Shown here one piece after another: positions 9,591 through 18,832 of a stretch of 64,000 nt of DNA. The notes beneath the pieces are model-generated. The model did no database searches and had not been told where the DNA came from. It was given only the letters and a program-made list of their open reading frames with translations. The DNA comes from an uncultured Thermoplasmata archaeon (GTDB lineage Archaea; Thermoplasmatota; Thermoplasmata; UBA10834). The translations under genes and the position numbers were made by a program. The DNA is taken from NCBI GenBank assembly GCA_963719945.1, contig CAVRDX010000001.1, positions 160,001 through 224,000 of the forward strand, given 5' to 3'. Every line of letters begins with the position of its first letter. Position 1 is the first letter of the stretch.

Positions 9591-10427
9591 ATGGCTCGAG
9601 AGTTTCTTACCGTCTACTGGCGCGAGATGATAAAATATGTCAGGTTCAAGGGGATGCTCTTCGCATCTCTGGTCCAGCCTGCTCTATGGTTGCTCCTCTT
9701 CGGAGTCGCGATGAGCAGCAATTTCGATAATTCCGCGTTCCAGTTTCCGGATATGCCTGGGGTCGTTTCCGTGAACTATCTGACATTTATGACCGCTGGC
9801 GTCATGGCCATGACTGCTCTTTTCACATGCTTGTTTGGAGGTATGGGAATCCTATTCGACAGAAATTGGGGGATCATGAAGGAGATGCTCGCAAGTCCCA
9901 TGAACTCCTATCATATCCAGCTCGGAGTCGGGTTGGGAGGGGTGACGAAGTCTCTCATACAGGTCTGCTTGATTCTGGTGTTCGGTCTAGTTCTAGGCGT
10001 GGACTTCTTCGCAGGGAAATCCGCTCTGGAGGTCCTGGTATCAGTCGCTGGAATCGTTGCCTTTATCGCTGTGTTCTCTGCAGGCTTCATATTCCTCTCG
10101 GCCACTTTCGCGATGCGCGTCGAGAGCATGGAGAGTGTTCAGGCTATCATGACATTGCTGACGATGCCTCTTATGTTCTCGAGCAATGCCCTGTACTCGA
10201 TTGATTCCTTCCCTACATGGCTTCAGGTGATCTCATCGGTTAACCCGCTGACATATCTCGTCAATGGCATCAGGTACTTCGCTCTCGGAGACAATTTCTT
10301 TGCCATGGGGACGCATTATGAGCTCGCAGGCAATGATATCATATTCGCTTTCGTGGTGCTCTTGGCATTCGCATGCCTGACGTTCACCACGGCTTGGTTG
10401 ACCTTCAAGAAAGCGAAAGCCACTTAA
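9591..10427 (+). CDS. ABC-2 type permease (DrrB-like)
   Basis: Six TM helices, DRNWGIMKEMLASP, NPLTYLVNGIR; starts 2 bp after the ATPase. Confidence 0.93.
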   Translation: MAREFLTVYWREMIKYVRFKGMLFASLVQPALWLLLFGVAMSSNFDNSAFQFPDMPGVVSVNYLTFMTAGVMAMTALFTCLFGGMGILFDRNWGIMKEMLASPMNSYHIQLGVGLGGVTKSLIQVCLILVFGLVLGVDFFAGKSALEVLVSVAGIVAFIAVFSAGFIFLSATFAMRVESMESVQAIMTLLTMPLMFSSNALYSIDSFPTWLQVISSVNPLTYLVNGIRYFALGDNFFAMGTHYELAGNDIIFAFVVLLAFACLTFTTAWLTFKKAKAT

Positions 10428-10514
10428 GGCTCGGCCTCAACCACGTCGCATCGATCTAGGGAAACCCCAAAAACCTCTTCACGATTCCATTCTGTTTGAA
10501 ATAGATTCCCGCTT

Positions 10515-11921
10515 TCACATACTCTTCATTCTGTCCGCGACCATAGCCACGAAAGCGATCGTATTGGTCAAGCTCTTCAGGGGCCAGTTCTCATTTGGCG
10601 CGTGTATATTGACACCCTTGAGGTCCACCTGACTGATGGTCAGGCACATCGGTGCATGGGGCGTGAATAAGTACCCTGGCCCAGTTCCGAAAGCCATCGG
10701 TACCACGCTCGAAGATGCGGGCAACGCCACTTCTCTGGATATGTCATGAACCAATCTGACAAATGGATTGTTCACTGGGGTCTTGGCAGGGTCATAGCTA
10801 CTTCCTCCGATGTCTTGAATCTCGATGTCGTCAAACCCCTTGTCTGAGAAATGCTTCTTCAATAACTCTATTGTATTCTCTGCGGTGAGATGTGGGACTA
10901 GTCGGATCTCGAGCTTCGCGCGTGCGGTCGAAGGTACGATAGTCTTGCATCCAGGACCATCGAAGCCAGCAGTTATGCCGCAGACGGTTATGCTCGGTTT
11001 CATGAAGACCGCTTCCAGAGCATCTACTCCCGAAAGGTTGAGCAACAGCTTGTCCAGGCCGTAATCCTCTTTCAGCATCCCAACGACATCTGCTTCGTAT
11101 TCTTCCAGAGCCTTCAGGTCGTCATCCGACGGTTTCATGACTCTCTCATCAATTCCATCCACGAGTATGTTCTCATTCTCGTCCTTCAATGAACTCAATG
11201 CCTGAATCAGACGCCATGCCGCGTTCGGGACCGCATTGGAGAAGCCAGAGTGAACATCAGCTCGAGGAAACCTTGGTGGCCCCCCAGCAATCACATCGAG
11301 ATAGACCATGCCTTTGCAGCCACAGTATACTTCTGCTGGGCTACCAGGCGTAGTCGTCAATAGCTCAATCGCACAGCCATCGGCTTTTAAGAAATCCTCA
11401 TGAGCCTTGGCAAACTCACTGAGATGCACCGAGGATGCCTCCTCCTCTCCTTCGATCACGAACTTGACATTTATCGGAAGTTCTCCCCGGATCTCCTCGA
11501 TCAGACTGATTCCGAGTAGGTTCGCAATATATGGTCCCTTATTGTCCTGCGCTCCTCTCCCATATATCCGTCCGTCCCTTATCGTCATCTTCCACGGAGA
11601 CGATTCCCACAGTTCGAGAGGTCCCTCTGGTTGGACATCGTAGTGGTGATACAACAGGAGGGTCCGTTCTGCACCCACATTCTTCTCGGCGAATATGATC
11701 GGGGAACCTGCGGTTTTAAACTGCTTAGCGTCGAACCCGCGGCTCCTGAGCTGCTTTTCGACATGGTCTGCGCATTGGTTTATGCTCTCTGCGTCTCGGA
11801 TAGCCACAGATGGGAATTCTATCAGCTTACCTAGCATGTCCAGAGCCTGCTTTTCCTTCTGGAGCGCCTTCTCTTGAATCTCCGGATACTGTGTCGCTTC
11901 GCTCACCATCGCTGGCTCCAT
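10515..11921 (-). CDS. M20/M25/M40 family metallopeptidase
   Basis: HHYDVQP, GRGAQDNKG, EGEEE, HAPNE. Start at 11921 or 11909 (GAGGGGAGG upstream); the ORF track gives 11972. Confidence 0.92.
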   Translation of the reverse strand: MEPAMVSEATQYPEIQEKALQKEKQALDMLGKLIEFPSVAIRDAESINQCADHVEKQLRSRGFDAKQFKTAGSPIIFAEKNVGAERTLLLYHHYDVQPEGPLELWESSPWKMTIRDGRIYGRGAQDNKGPYIANLLGISLIEEIRGELPINVKFVIEGEEEASSVHLSEFAKAHEDFLKADGCAIELLTTTPGSPAEVYCGCKGMVYLDVIAGGPPRFPRADVHSGFSNAVPNAAWRLIQALSSLKDENENILVDGIDERVMKPSDDDLKALEEYEADVVGMLKEDYGLDKLLLNLSGVDALEAVFMKPSITVCGITAGFDGPGCKTIVPSTARAKLEIRLVPHLTAENTIELLKKHFSDKGFDDIEIQDIGGSSYDPAKTPVNNPFVRLVHDISREVALPASSSVVPMAFGTGPGYLFTPHAPMCLTISQVDLKGVNIHAPNENWPLKSLTNTIAFVAMVADRMKSM

Positions 11922-11977
11922 CCTCCCCTCTCTTTTGGGGTGGAGCATATTCGCGAAGATATTCTTTTCCATGGTGC

Positions 11978-13317
11978 CTTTCCCGATGACATGAATATCT
12001 CATCGATCGCATGAGTAGCATGCATGTAGCCAGGTGATGGATATGTCCCTGGCCAGATACCGTATTCGATGCTCCACAGAGCGGTAGTGTTCCACATTCA
12101 TGGGGAGCTCCCGTTTGAGGCCAGGATGCTCATGGAGGATTTCCGCCTGGCGGCCAATTGCGCAATCAGAGCCGGTTTGCATGCGAGGGTGACCTCCAGG
12201 AACGCCCTGGTGAAGCTGGCGTACAAAGACTTCAGGAAGGAGCATCCGAACATCTATTCTCAGCATCTTGTCTCCTCCTTCGAGGTCGCTGGTTCTATAC
12301 TCAAGAACCTGCGGAGGCGTTGGGGAAAAGGGCCAGTCAATCGCATACCATATATCCGCCGATTGATGATGAAGGCGGAGAATCAGGCATACAAGCTCAA
12401 CCGGGAGGAAGGAGTGATCGACCTTCCGATACGGGCTGGATGTCATGTGAAGCTGAGGCTCGTCCTGAGCGATTACCATCGTGGGTTTCTGAACGACAAA
12501 TCCCTTTCCCTCGGTTCACTGACCCTACTTCCAGACAGGGTCATAATAGCCTTTAGGAAGAGTGCACCCAAGGCATACACTCCGGAGTCGGCTCTGTCTC
12601 TGGACACGAACGAGCGGAGTTTGGATGGCGTGTTCATGAGCGAAGTTGGAAGCGTGCCGATCCGGGCTGCGTATCCAGATGTCGCAATCATCCAGGCACG
12701 GCATCATGACCGGCGGAAGCGCCTTCAGAAGAAGAAGGCGCACGACCGGCGGACATCGAGGCGATTGTGTCGCAGAGAGGGGAAGAGAGAGCATCATCGG
12801 ATCGAGTACCGCATGCACCAAGTGGCCAATGCGGTCCTCGGCTTCGCGGAGAAGCATAAATCGACGATTGTGCTCGAGGACCTGAGTGGGATGACAGCGC
12901 GGAAGCGCGGCAAGTCGCTCAACCGACGGTTGAGTTCGTGGCCTCGGAGGAAGCTACACGACCTCATCGAGTACAAGGCGGCCTGGATGGGCGTGCCAAT
13001 CATCAAGGTCGATCCATACAACAGCAGTAGGAGGTGTCCGATATGTGGGAGATTGAATCATTCCCGAATGGGTGCCGAGTTCGAGTGTGAGTGCGGCTGG
13101 CGTGCCGACAGGCATGTCAACGCCGGCATAAACCTGCTGCAGACAGCCTTCCCGGATGGGATGGCAGGGGGCTTACGGTTCAGCCCCGGCGCGTTCCAGC
13201 ATGACGTGGTGATGACCCTCTGCGACCCATTCATGGGCGCACGGTCGGAGCCGAATGGAACGAGTCGATCATCGAGGGGGTGGTCATCATGACCACCACC
13301 CGATTATTGACAGAACC
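11978..13317 (+). mobile_element. Solo-tnpB (IS1341-like) element with no transposase; boundaries approximate
   Basis: tnpB with a left hairpin (GCCAGG 12029-12034 / CCTGGC 12048-12053) and a right hairpin; flanked by the direct repeat CCATGGTGC at 11969-11977 and 13318-13326. Confidence 0.55.
12069..13292 (+). CDS. tnpB: TnpB (IS200/IS605/IS607 OrfB family) RNA-guided nuclease homolog with RuvC-III D-to-H change
   Basis: RuvC-I SLDTN, RuvC-II VLEDL, zinc finger CPICG...CECG, RuvC-III DRHVNAGINL. Confidence 0.9.
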   Translation: MLHRAVVFHIHGELPFEARMLMEDFRLAANCAIRAGLHARVTSRNALVKLAYKDFRKEHPNIYSQHLVSSFEVAGSILKNLRRRWGKGPVNRIPYIRRLMMKAENQAYKLNREEGVIDLPIRAGCHVKLRLVLSDYHRGFLNDKSLSLGSLTLLPDRVIIAFRKSAPKAYTPESALSLDTNERSLDGVFMSEVGSVPIRAAYPDVAIIQARHHDRRKRLQKKKAHDRRTSRRLCRREGKREHHRIEYRMHQVANAVLGFAEKHKSTIVLEDLSGMTARKRGKSLNRRLSSWPRRKLHDLIEYKAAWMGVPIIKVDPYNSSRRCPICGRLNHSRMGAEFECECGWRADRHVNAGINLLQTAFPDGMAGGLRFSPGAFQHDVVMTLCDPFMGARSEPNGTSRSSRGWSS

Positions 13318-13335
13318 CCATGGTGCATTAGCGAT
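13160..13335 (+). ncRNA. Predicted TnpB omega/reRNA, scaffold to about 13317 followed by the guide
   Basis: Overlaps the tnpB 3' end. Stem GGGGCT(13168-73)/AGCCCC(13182-87); its loop GGTTC(13177-81) is complementary to GAACC(13313-17), pseudoknot-like. Hairpin GGTGGTCAT-c-ATGACCACC at 13279-13297. Confidence 0.6.
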
Positions 13336-13428
13336 TATTCCTATCCTGCAATTTGATGCTTGATTCCATCAGACGATTGATGCTCAGGTTTTTCAACGAC
13401 CAACGTTCATACCTGGTCTGTGACCTAG

Positions 13429-14232
13429 ATGTCCGAAGGACGTATTCCGACCCACCATCAGGTTGTGAACGCAATAGTCAGGGATCTTGAACCACTAGGC
13501 TATGTCCATGCAGTCTGGGAAGGGGGCGCGGTGGCATTTGGCCGTGCGGATGAATGGTCGGATATCGATCTATATATCGTGGTTGATGATGATAAGATCG
13601 AGGAGTCTTTCCAGGTCGTTGAGCGAGCTTTGGAGAGAATCTCTCCCATAAAGCAGAAGTTCGACATCGGCCAGACCCCTCAGGAAGGCGTGTATCAAGC
13701 GTTCTACAGGCTCAGGAACGCCAGTGAGTATCTTCTGATAGACCTCGCTGTGCTGAAGCTGAGCGCTCCTGATATGTTCCTTGAACCTGAGATACACGGT
13801 TCCGTTGTCTTTCACTTCAATAGGGATGGTTCGATACTCCCCAAACTAACTGACCGATCCGCCCTCGCCGACCGATTGAGAAAAAGACTGAATCGACTCA
13901 AGGAGAGGCGCGATCTCTTCACCATATTCGTCCAGAAGGAGATCAATCGAGGCAATTTCCTCGAGGCGTTCGATGCATATCGTGTCATCGTCTATGAGTT
14001 CCTGCTCGAACTGCTTCGCATGAAGCATTATGCGTTTCACCACAATTTCAAGCTGCGATATGTCTACCATGAACTGCCGGCTGATGTGATCCGTGAGCTC
14101 GAGCGGCTCATACAGATAGATGACATGGCTGACCTTGAAACGAAGTTCGAATCAGCTTCCAAGTGGGCTGAACGCGTCCTCAGTGAACTCGATAATATGG
14201 ATTTCGATGAGCTCCTGGATGATCAGATCTAG
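13429..14232 (+). CDS. Pol-beta superfamily nucleotidyltransferase domain protein
   Basis: WEGGAVAFGRADEWSDIDL motif followed by a helical C-terminal domain. Confidence 0.8.
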   Translation: MSEGRIPTHHQVVNAIVRDLEPLGYVHAVWEGGAVAFGRADEWSDIDLYIVVDDDKIEESFQVVERALERISPIKQKFDIGQTPQEGVYQAFYRLRNASEYLLIDLAVLKLSAPDMFLEPEIHGSVVFHFNRDGSILPKLTDRSALADRLRKRLNRLKERRDLFTIFVQKEINRGNFLEAFDAYRVIVYEFLLELLRMKHYAFHHNFKLRYVYHELPADVIRELERLIQIDDMADLETKFESASKWAERVLSELDNMDFDELLDDQI

Positions 14233-17200
14233 CTTTGCTTGTCATCGAGCGCTGCCCTTTCAGCTGATATCCCCTGCTGACCTGGTTCCTTATCTTTTTG
14301 CAGCATGAGCACGATCTTAGTCCCCTTTGTATGGTCCCCTTGGACGCGGTCTTGGATGCGCATCCGTCCTCCGATATGTTCTGCAATGAGTGACATGAAT
14401 GACAGAGATGAGGCGATTCCTCTGCTGAACCTGTTCTCTGGATCGAACGCCTCTGCGGCCATCCCCGTCTTCATCATGTCCAGAATGCCTGGTCCATTGT
14501 CCGAGATCTCGACTCTCCAGTAGTCGAAATCGGACAACCCCTTGGCCTCGGCAACCTCGATATCGATTTGTACGTCCTCGGATTTGGAGTGTTTTGCAGA
14601 ATTGTCGAGTATCTCATCTATCATCTGGAGTATGTATTCTCTCCCCCTTACACGGATTGCTTCTTCCTGAGGTAGATCGTGATTGAACGTGAACCGTTTC
14701 GATGGATAATCTTTCTGAAGATCTTCTTCTTTTGATTTCAGGGCGTCTCTGAGATCGATGGTCTCCATGTCCTTGACATCTGTCTTTTCAGATTCCGATA
14801 GTCTCCTAGTATTCCTGACGAATGATGCTGTTCGCTTGATCTGGTTCATGATCTTCGTCGCTGATGATTTGACCCAGGGCTGGGACTGTTCATCCTTGGC
14901 AATCATCTCAGCATATATCATCATGGGACTGAGTATGTTCGTCAGATCATGTGCGATGAAATCCAGGTATGTCTGCGCCTTGACAGTTGCAGCCTCAGCC
15001 AATTCCTTCCTATGCTTGAGTTCTTGATCTGCGCGTACTCTGGCAGTTACATCTCGCAAGATACCTTCGGTGGCTACTAGTTTTCCCGAATCGTCAAATA
15101 TTCGGATAAATCGGATTTCGCACCATATGGTCTCCCCATTCTTGTGACGCATGCGTATCTGCAAGGACCCCGATTCAGGCGCATTCTGGGTAAGTCCAAG
15201 CTGCTCCAAAACGCCATCTTTATCATCTGGATGAATGTTGTCGTAAAAGACCGTCTGATCTTCGATCACCTCTTGCGGAGCATAACCAAGTATCGTTTCG
15301 CTGGCCGCGCTGACGAACTCAATCTGCGTGTCTGGATGGAGGCGAATCCTGTAGATGATATCCGGAGCGTTCTCGGCGAGTCGTCTGTATCTCTCCTCGC
15401 TCTCCTTGAGTCCTTGCTCCGCCTTCTTTCGCTCAGAAATGTCTGTATTGAAACCATGCCAGATTATGCTTCCATCCGAAAGTCTCTCAGGTGTCGCATT
15501 CCCCCACGTCCAACGGACGGGTTGTCCCGGGGCCTGCACCTGGTATTCGTGTTGCCATGTCGTCAGATGTTTCGCCGAGTATTCGATGGAATCAATCACG
15601 CCCTTAACATCTTCCTGCACTATCCTCTTGAATATTAATGACGCGTCATCTCGCACGTCTTCCGGAGTGCATCCAAAAATATCATTTATCGCATCGCTGG
15701 AGAACGGTATGCAAAAGGTTCCATCGGGCAGTTTCATGAATTGATATAACATTCCTGGAACGTTGGATGATATCTTCTTGAGTCGATCATCCCTTTCCTT
15801 CAGTTCCTCTTCCGCTCGTTTGATCTGGGTGATGTCTCGCAGACTACCTTCATAATGTGTTATTGCACCACGCTCATCTCTGACCGCTTTGCTTGTATCC
15901 TCGACCCATATGATGATGCCATCACGTCTTCGGAGTTGAAATACGAAATCCTGTATTGAGTGGTCGTGTTCTGTCCTGCGCATCCATTCGTCTCGGAGTT
16001 GTGGGTCGATATAGAGATCATAGATGCTGACAAATCTCAACGACTCTAGGTCGTCATATCCGAGCATGTGAATCAATGCCGTATTCGCTTCGAGGATATC
16101 CCCCGCCACCGTTATCCTGTATAGTCCAGTTGGGGTCCCTTCATAGATACTTCGGTAACGTTCCTCGGCAATCCGGAGTTCTTCCTCAGTCCGCTTCCGA
16201 TCGGCGAGCGCGTCGATGAGTTTCAGGTTGGCATAGCTGAGTTCAGAGATGACGCGTGTGAGCCTGACCATGAAGTCAAGTGCCATATTCACCCTATCTC
16301 TGCTGTATTTCGGAACCTTTCTGAGCGCGTCCAGATATTTCTCCTTGTCGAGACCGTATCTCTTTGCTTGATTGGCGAATATCTCCTCATCTATGGATTC
16401 ATCCTCGAAGAAGAATTGACCCGTGTAGACATTGCCGGCGTGCATGTCGCCGATATACAGCGGCGTAACAAAGTCCCATAGATGGTTCTTGCACTTGTAT
16501 GCCCTGATCTCACCGATCTTCAGGTTCTTTGAGAGGTGTAGGTCGCTCTCCCTGCAAAATTCACGAGTGATCGTATTCTTTCTGTGGAAACTGCCACAGA
16601 TTTCGCTCCATCCAGACGATGTGACCACATTTCCCTCGACGTCCAAGATTGCGTGTCCAATCCCAGTCAGCTTCGTGAAGTCCTCCATGATGGATTTTAT
16701 CTGCGGCACATCGATTATCTCTTTCAAATCGATTTGCAGGGTATCTCCAGGTGTTGATCGAGCAATGCCTCCATCCGATTGATTCGCTCCTTCGCGGGCA
16801 TTCTTTGCATTGAGGTAACTATTGATTTCACTGCTGACAGATTCATCCCGCTGATTTGATGCAATGCTCTCGGTCCATTCCCCGTCGATACTCTCAATCA
16901 TTAGGACGACACTTTCGACTTCTCCCGACTTATTCAATATCGGCAGCGCATCAATCGAGATCGACCTTCGCCTGGTTCCCTGTCGGTCAACTGCAAGTCT
17001 CTCGCTCCTCAGGGGTTTTCGGGAAGCAACGACCTTCGAGAATGGCTGGTTCTCTCTTGATAACGGAACCCCTTCGCAATCAGTGAACGGCACTGAATGG
17101 ACCGATGCCTTTCCCTGATCCGCATTCTCGTAAGTCAATCCGAGGATCTTCTTGGTCTCGTTGTCGGCGTATGTAATCTGACCCTCGTGGTCTACGATAA

Positions 17201-17261
17201 CGATTCCTTTGTTGCATCCCTCAGCTATACGGTCAAGCAAGGCGGTGATTGCCTGGTCCAT
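14229..17261 (-). CDS. Soluble PAS-PocR-PAS-PAS-PAS sensor histidine kinase
   Basis: PocR (C..FHR...CRESD...YKC..HLWD...PL...GQFF), PAS/PAC ends DITQIK, DISERK, DVTAR, H-box AHDLTN, N box NSAKH, DNGPG. ATG at 17261 with GGAGTGA upstream. Confidence 0.88.
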   Translation of the reverse strand: MDQAITALLDRIAEGCNKGIVIVDHEGQITYADNETKKILGLTYENADQGKASVHSVPFTDCEGVPLSRENQPFSKVVASRKPLRSERLAVDRQGTRRRSISIDALPILNKSGEVESVVLMIESIDGEWTESIASNQRDESVSSEINSYLNAKNAREGANQSDGGIARSTPGDTLQIDLKEIIDVPQIKSIMEDFTKLTGIGHAILDVEGNVVTSSGWSEICGSFHRKNTITREFCRESDLHLSKNLKIGEIRAYKCKNHLWDFVTPLYIGDMHAGNVYTGQFFFEDESIDEEIFANQAKRYGLDKEKYLDALRKVPKYSRDRVNMALDFMVRLTRVISELSYANLKLIDALADRKRTEEELRIAEERYRSIYEGTPTGLYRITVAGDILEANTALIHMLGYDDLESLRFVSIYDLYIDPQLRDEWMRRTEHDHSIQDFVFQLRRRDGIIIWVEDTSKAVRDERGAITHYEGSLRDITQIKRAEEELKERDDRLKKISSNVPGMLYQFMKLPDGTFCIPFSSDAINDIFGCTPEDVRDDASLIFKRIVQEDVKGVIDSIEYSAKHLTTWQHEYQVQAPGQPVRWTWGNATPERLSDGSIIWHGFNTDISERKKAEQGLKESEERYRRLAENAPDIIYRIRLHPDTQIEFVSAASETILGYAPQEVIEDQTVFYDNIHPDDKDGVLEQLGLTQNAPESGSLQIRMRHKNGETIWCEIRFIRIFDDSGKLVATEGILRDVTARVRADQELKHRKELAEAATVKAQTYLDFIAHDLTNILSPMMIYAEMIAKDEQSQPWVKSSATKIMNQIKRTASFVRNTRRLSESEKTDVKDMETIDLRDALKSKEEDLQKDYPSKRFTFNHDLPQEEAIRVRGREYILQMIDEILDNSAKHSKSEDVQIDIEVAEAKGLSDFDYWRVEISDNGPGILDMMKTGMAAEAFDPENRFSRGIASSLSFMSLIAEHIGGRMRIQDRVQGDHTKGTKIVLMLQKDKEPGQQGISAERAALDDKQS

Positions 17262-17536
17262 CAATTCACTCCTTGCATATAGACAATATTGCAGCGACTG
17301 ACAATGAATCACGAAGCCGCAGAGAGCGTCCTGGCATACCTACTGAATGCATTGATGTCCAATTCCTCCCCGCAATGGAGAATATCAGTGTTATAGGATA
17401 AGGCTTTTTGGCAGTAAATACATCCATTATGGTTGCCGATTTCATCGAATCGTATCGATGAGAATTTCACTTGTGTTCCAGAGCAATTATCGGCATGGAT
17501 ATATTAGGTGCTCATCATATTCTGGTCTCTGGAACC

Positions 17537-18421
17537 ATGGCTGACGAACCGTCCATTCGATTGATGGTTGATACCGACCTGAATCAAGTCTTCTCACTGA
17601 TCGACAGGGAGAATTGGGGTTGGGAATTCCATGAGATTCGTAGGATATTTGCTCTCGACACCAGAAACTGCATAGTTGCGGAGGTCAATGGGGATCTAGT
17701 TGGTCTTATAACTCTGATCAATTTCGGAAAGACTGCATTCATAGTTCATGTTATAGTGAAAGAGGGTTGGAGGAAGAAGAAGCTCGGTGCAAGGATGATG
17801 CGCGACGCTCTTCAGAACCTAGATTCTCTGGATGTGGATAATGTGGAATTGCATGCGATGCCGGATGCCGCGGATTTCTACACGCAATTCGGATTCAAGA
17901 GGGTCGAAGAGATCTCATTCTTCTGCAAACATCCAGGAACTGGCGGACTGCATGATGTCGTGGACCCACCCTCGAACGCTGAGTTCAGGTTATTGGACCT
18001 TGACGAGACTCTGTCCGTGTCAGAATGCCAGGCAAGGATGATGGGTTACCATGAGAGTGATTTCCGATACGCCTTGAAGACCGATCCTCCGAAGTACCCT
18101 GTTGGAAGGATAGTAGGGAGCTCAATGACCTCAATGCTCGTTGCTAGGACGGGTTCCGACCTGAATCCCATTGGTCCGTGGTTCATGAATCACCCCGATA
18201 AGAAGACGGCTCATGCGATGCTCAGGTATGCGATTGCGAGATTGCCCGACCGCAGGACCGATGTAGGGGTATCCTCATCGAACGAGTTGGCAAAAGAAAT
18301 CTTCTTGGATGAAGGATTCTCACTGATGACCGAGGGCGTTGTCCGGGTCTCTCGATCGTCGAGGGCCATTGACCCGTTCCCCCCTGAACTATTGGCAATT
18401 GGTCATCTTGGAGTGATTTGA
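17537..18421 (+). CDS. GNAT family acetyltransferase with tandem GNAT-like domain
   Basis: VIVKEGWRKKKLGARMM, FYTQFGF; second domain IGPW...N..A..IF...GF. Confidence 0.82.
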   Translation: MADEPSIRLMVDTDLNQVFSLIDRENWGWEFHEIRRIFALDTRNCIVAEVNGDLVGLITLINFGKTAFIVHVIVKEGWRKKKLGARMMRDALQNLDSLDVDNVELHAMPDAADFYTQFGFKRVEEISFFCKHPGTGGLHDVVDPPSNAEFRLLDLDETLSVSECQARMMGYHESDFRYALKTDPPKYPVGRIVGSSMTSMLVARTGSDLNPIGPWFMNHPDKKTAHAMLRYAIARLPDRRTDVGVSSSNELAKEIFLDEGFSLMTEGVVRVSRSSRAIDPFPPELLAIGHLGVI

Positions 18422-18470
18422 CCTGGGAATAGTTCGACAAATCGGCGGTCATGCACTGATGCGCAAATGG

Positions 18471-18812
18471 TCAGAGCACATCTTCTGATATGGGCAAGAC
18501 TGGGACGTCTGATTTAGTGAGCTCTCTCTCCATGCCGACCACATACTGGGTTCCCATGGGTGTATCCGTCTTCTCCCAATCCTGCAGCGTTCTTGCGAGG
18601 ACAACGAAATCTGGACGAACCTTCTCAACCACCTCATCGAAGTTGAGAGCGGTCACATGAGTCCTGATATCTACTTTGGGTATGAGTCCCTGGACAACCG
18701 CCTCTGGAGTCTCATGTGGATCCGCCACGACTATTTCCAGTTTCGAATTCTTCCTCAACTGCTTTATCACGCGCACGCCGAACTTCCCCGCACCAATCAC
18801 CAATACTCTCAT
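18471..18812 (-). CDS. Small Rossmann-fold (TrkA-N/RCK-like) NAD-binding protein
   Basis: MRVLVIGAGKFG...IVVAD; ATG at 18812, about 20 bp after the DASS stop. Confidence 0.75.
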   Translation of the reverse strand: MRVLVIGAGKFGVRVIKQLRKNSKLEIVVADPHETPEAVVQGLIPKVDIRTHVTALNFDEVVEKVRPDFVVLARTLQDWEKTDTPMGTQYVVGMERELTKSDVPVLPISEDVL

Positions 18813-18832
18813 CGAGCCACCACCCCGTCCTC

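Noticed and set aside
13301-13339. CGATTATT repeated 31 nt apart after tnpB, as a possible mini-CRISPR
   Set aside because: Only 8 bp and two copies; no cas genes or longer repeat.
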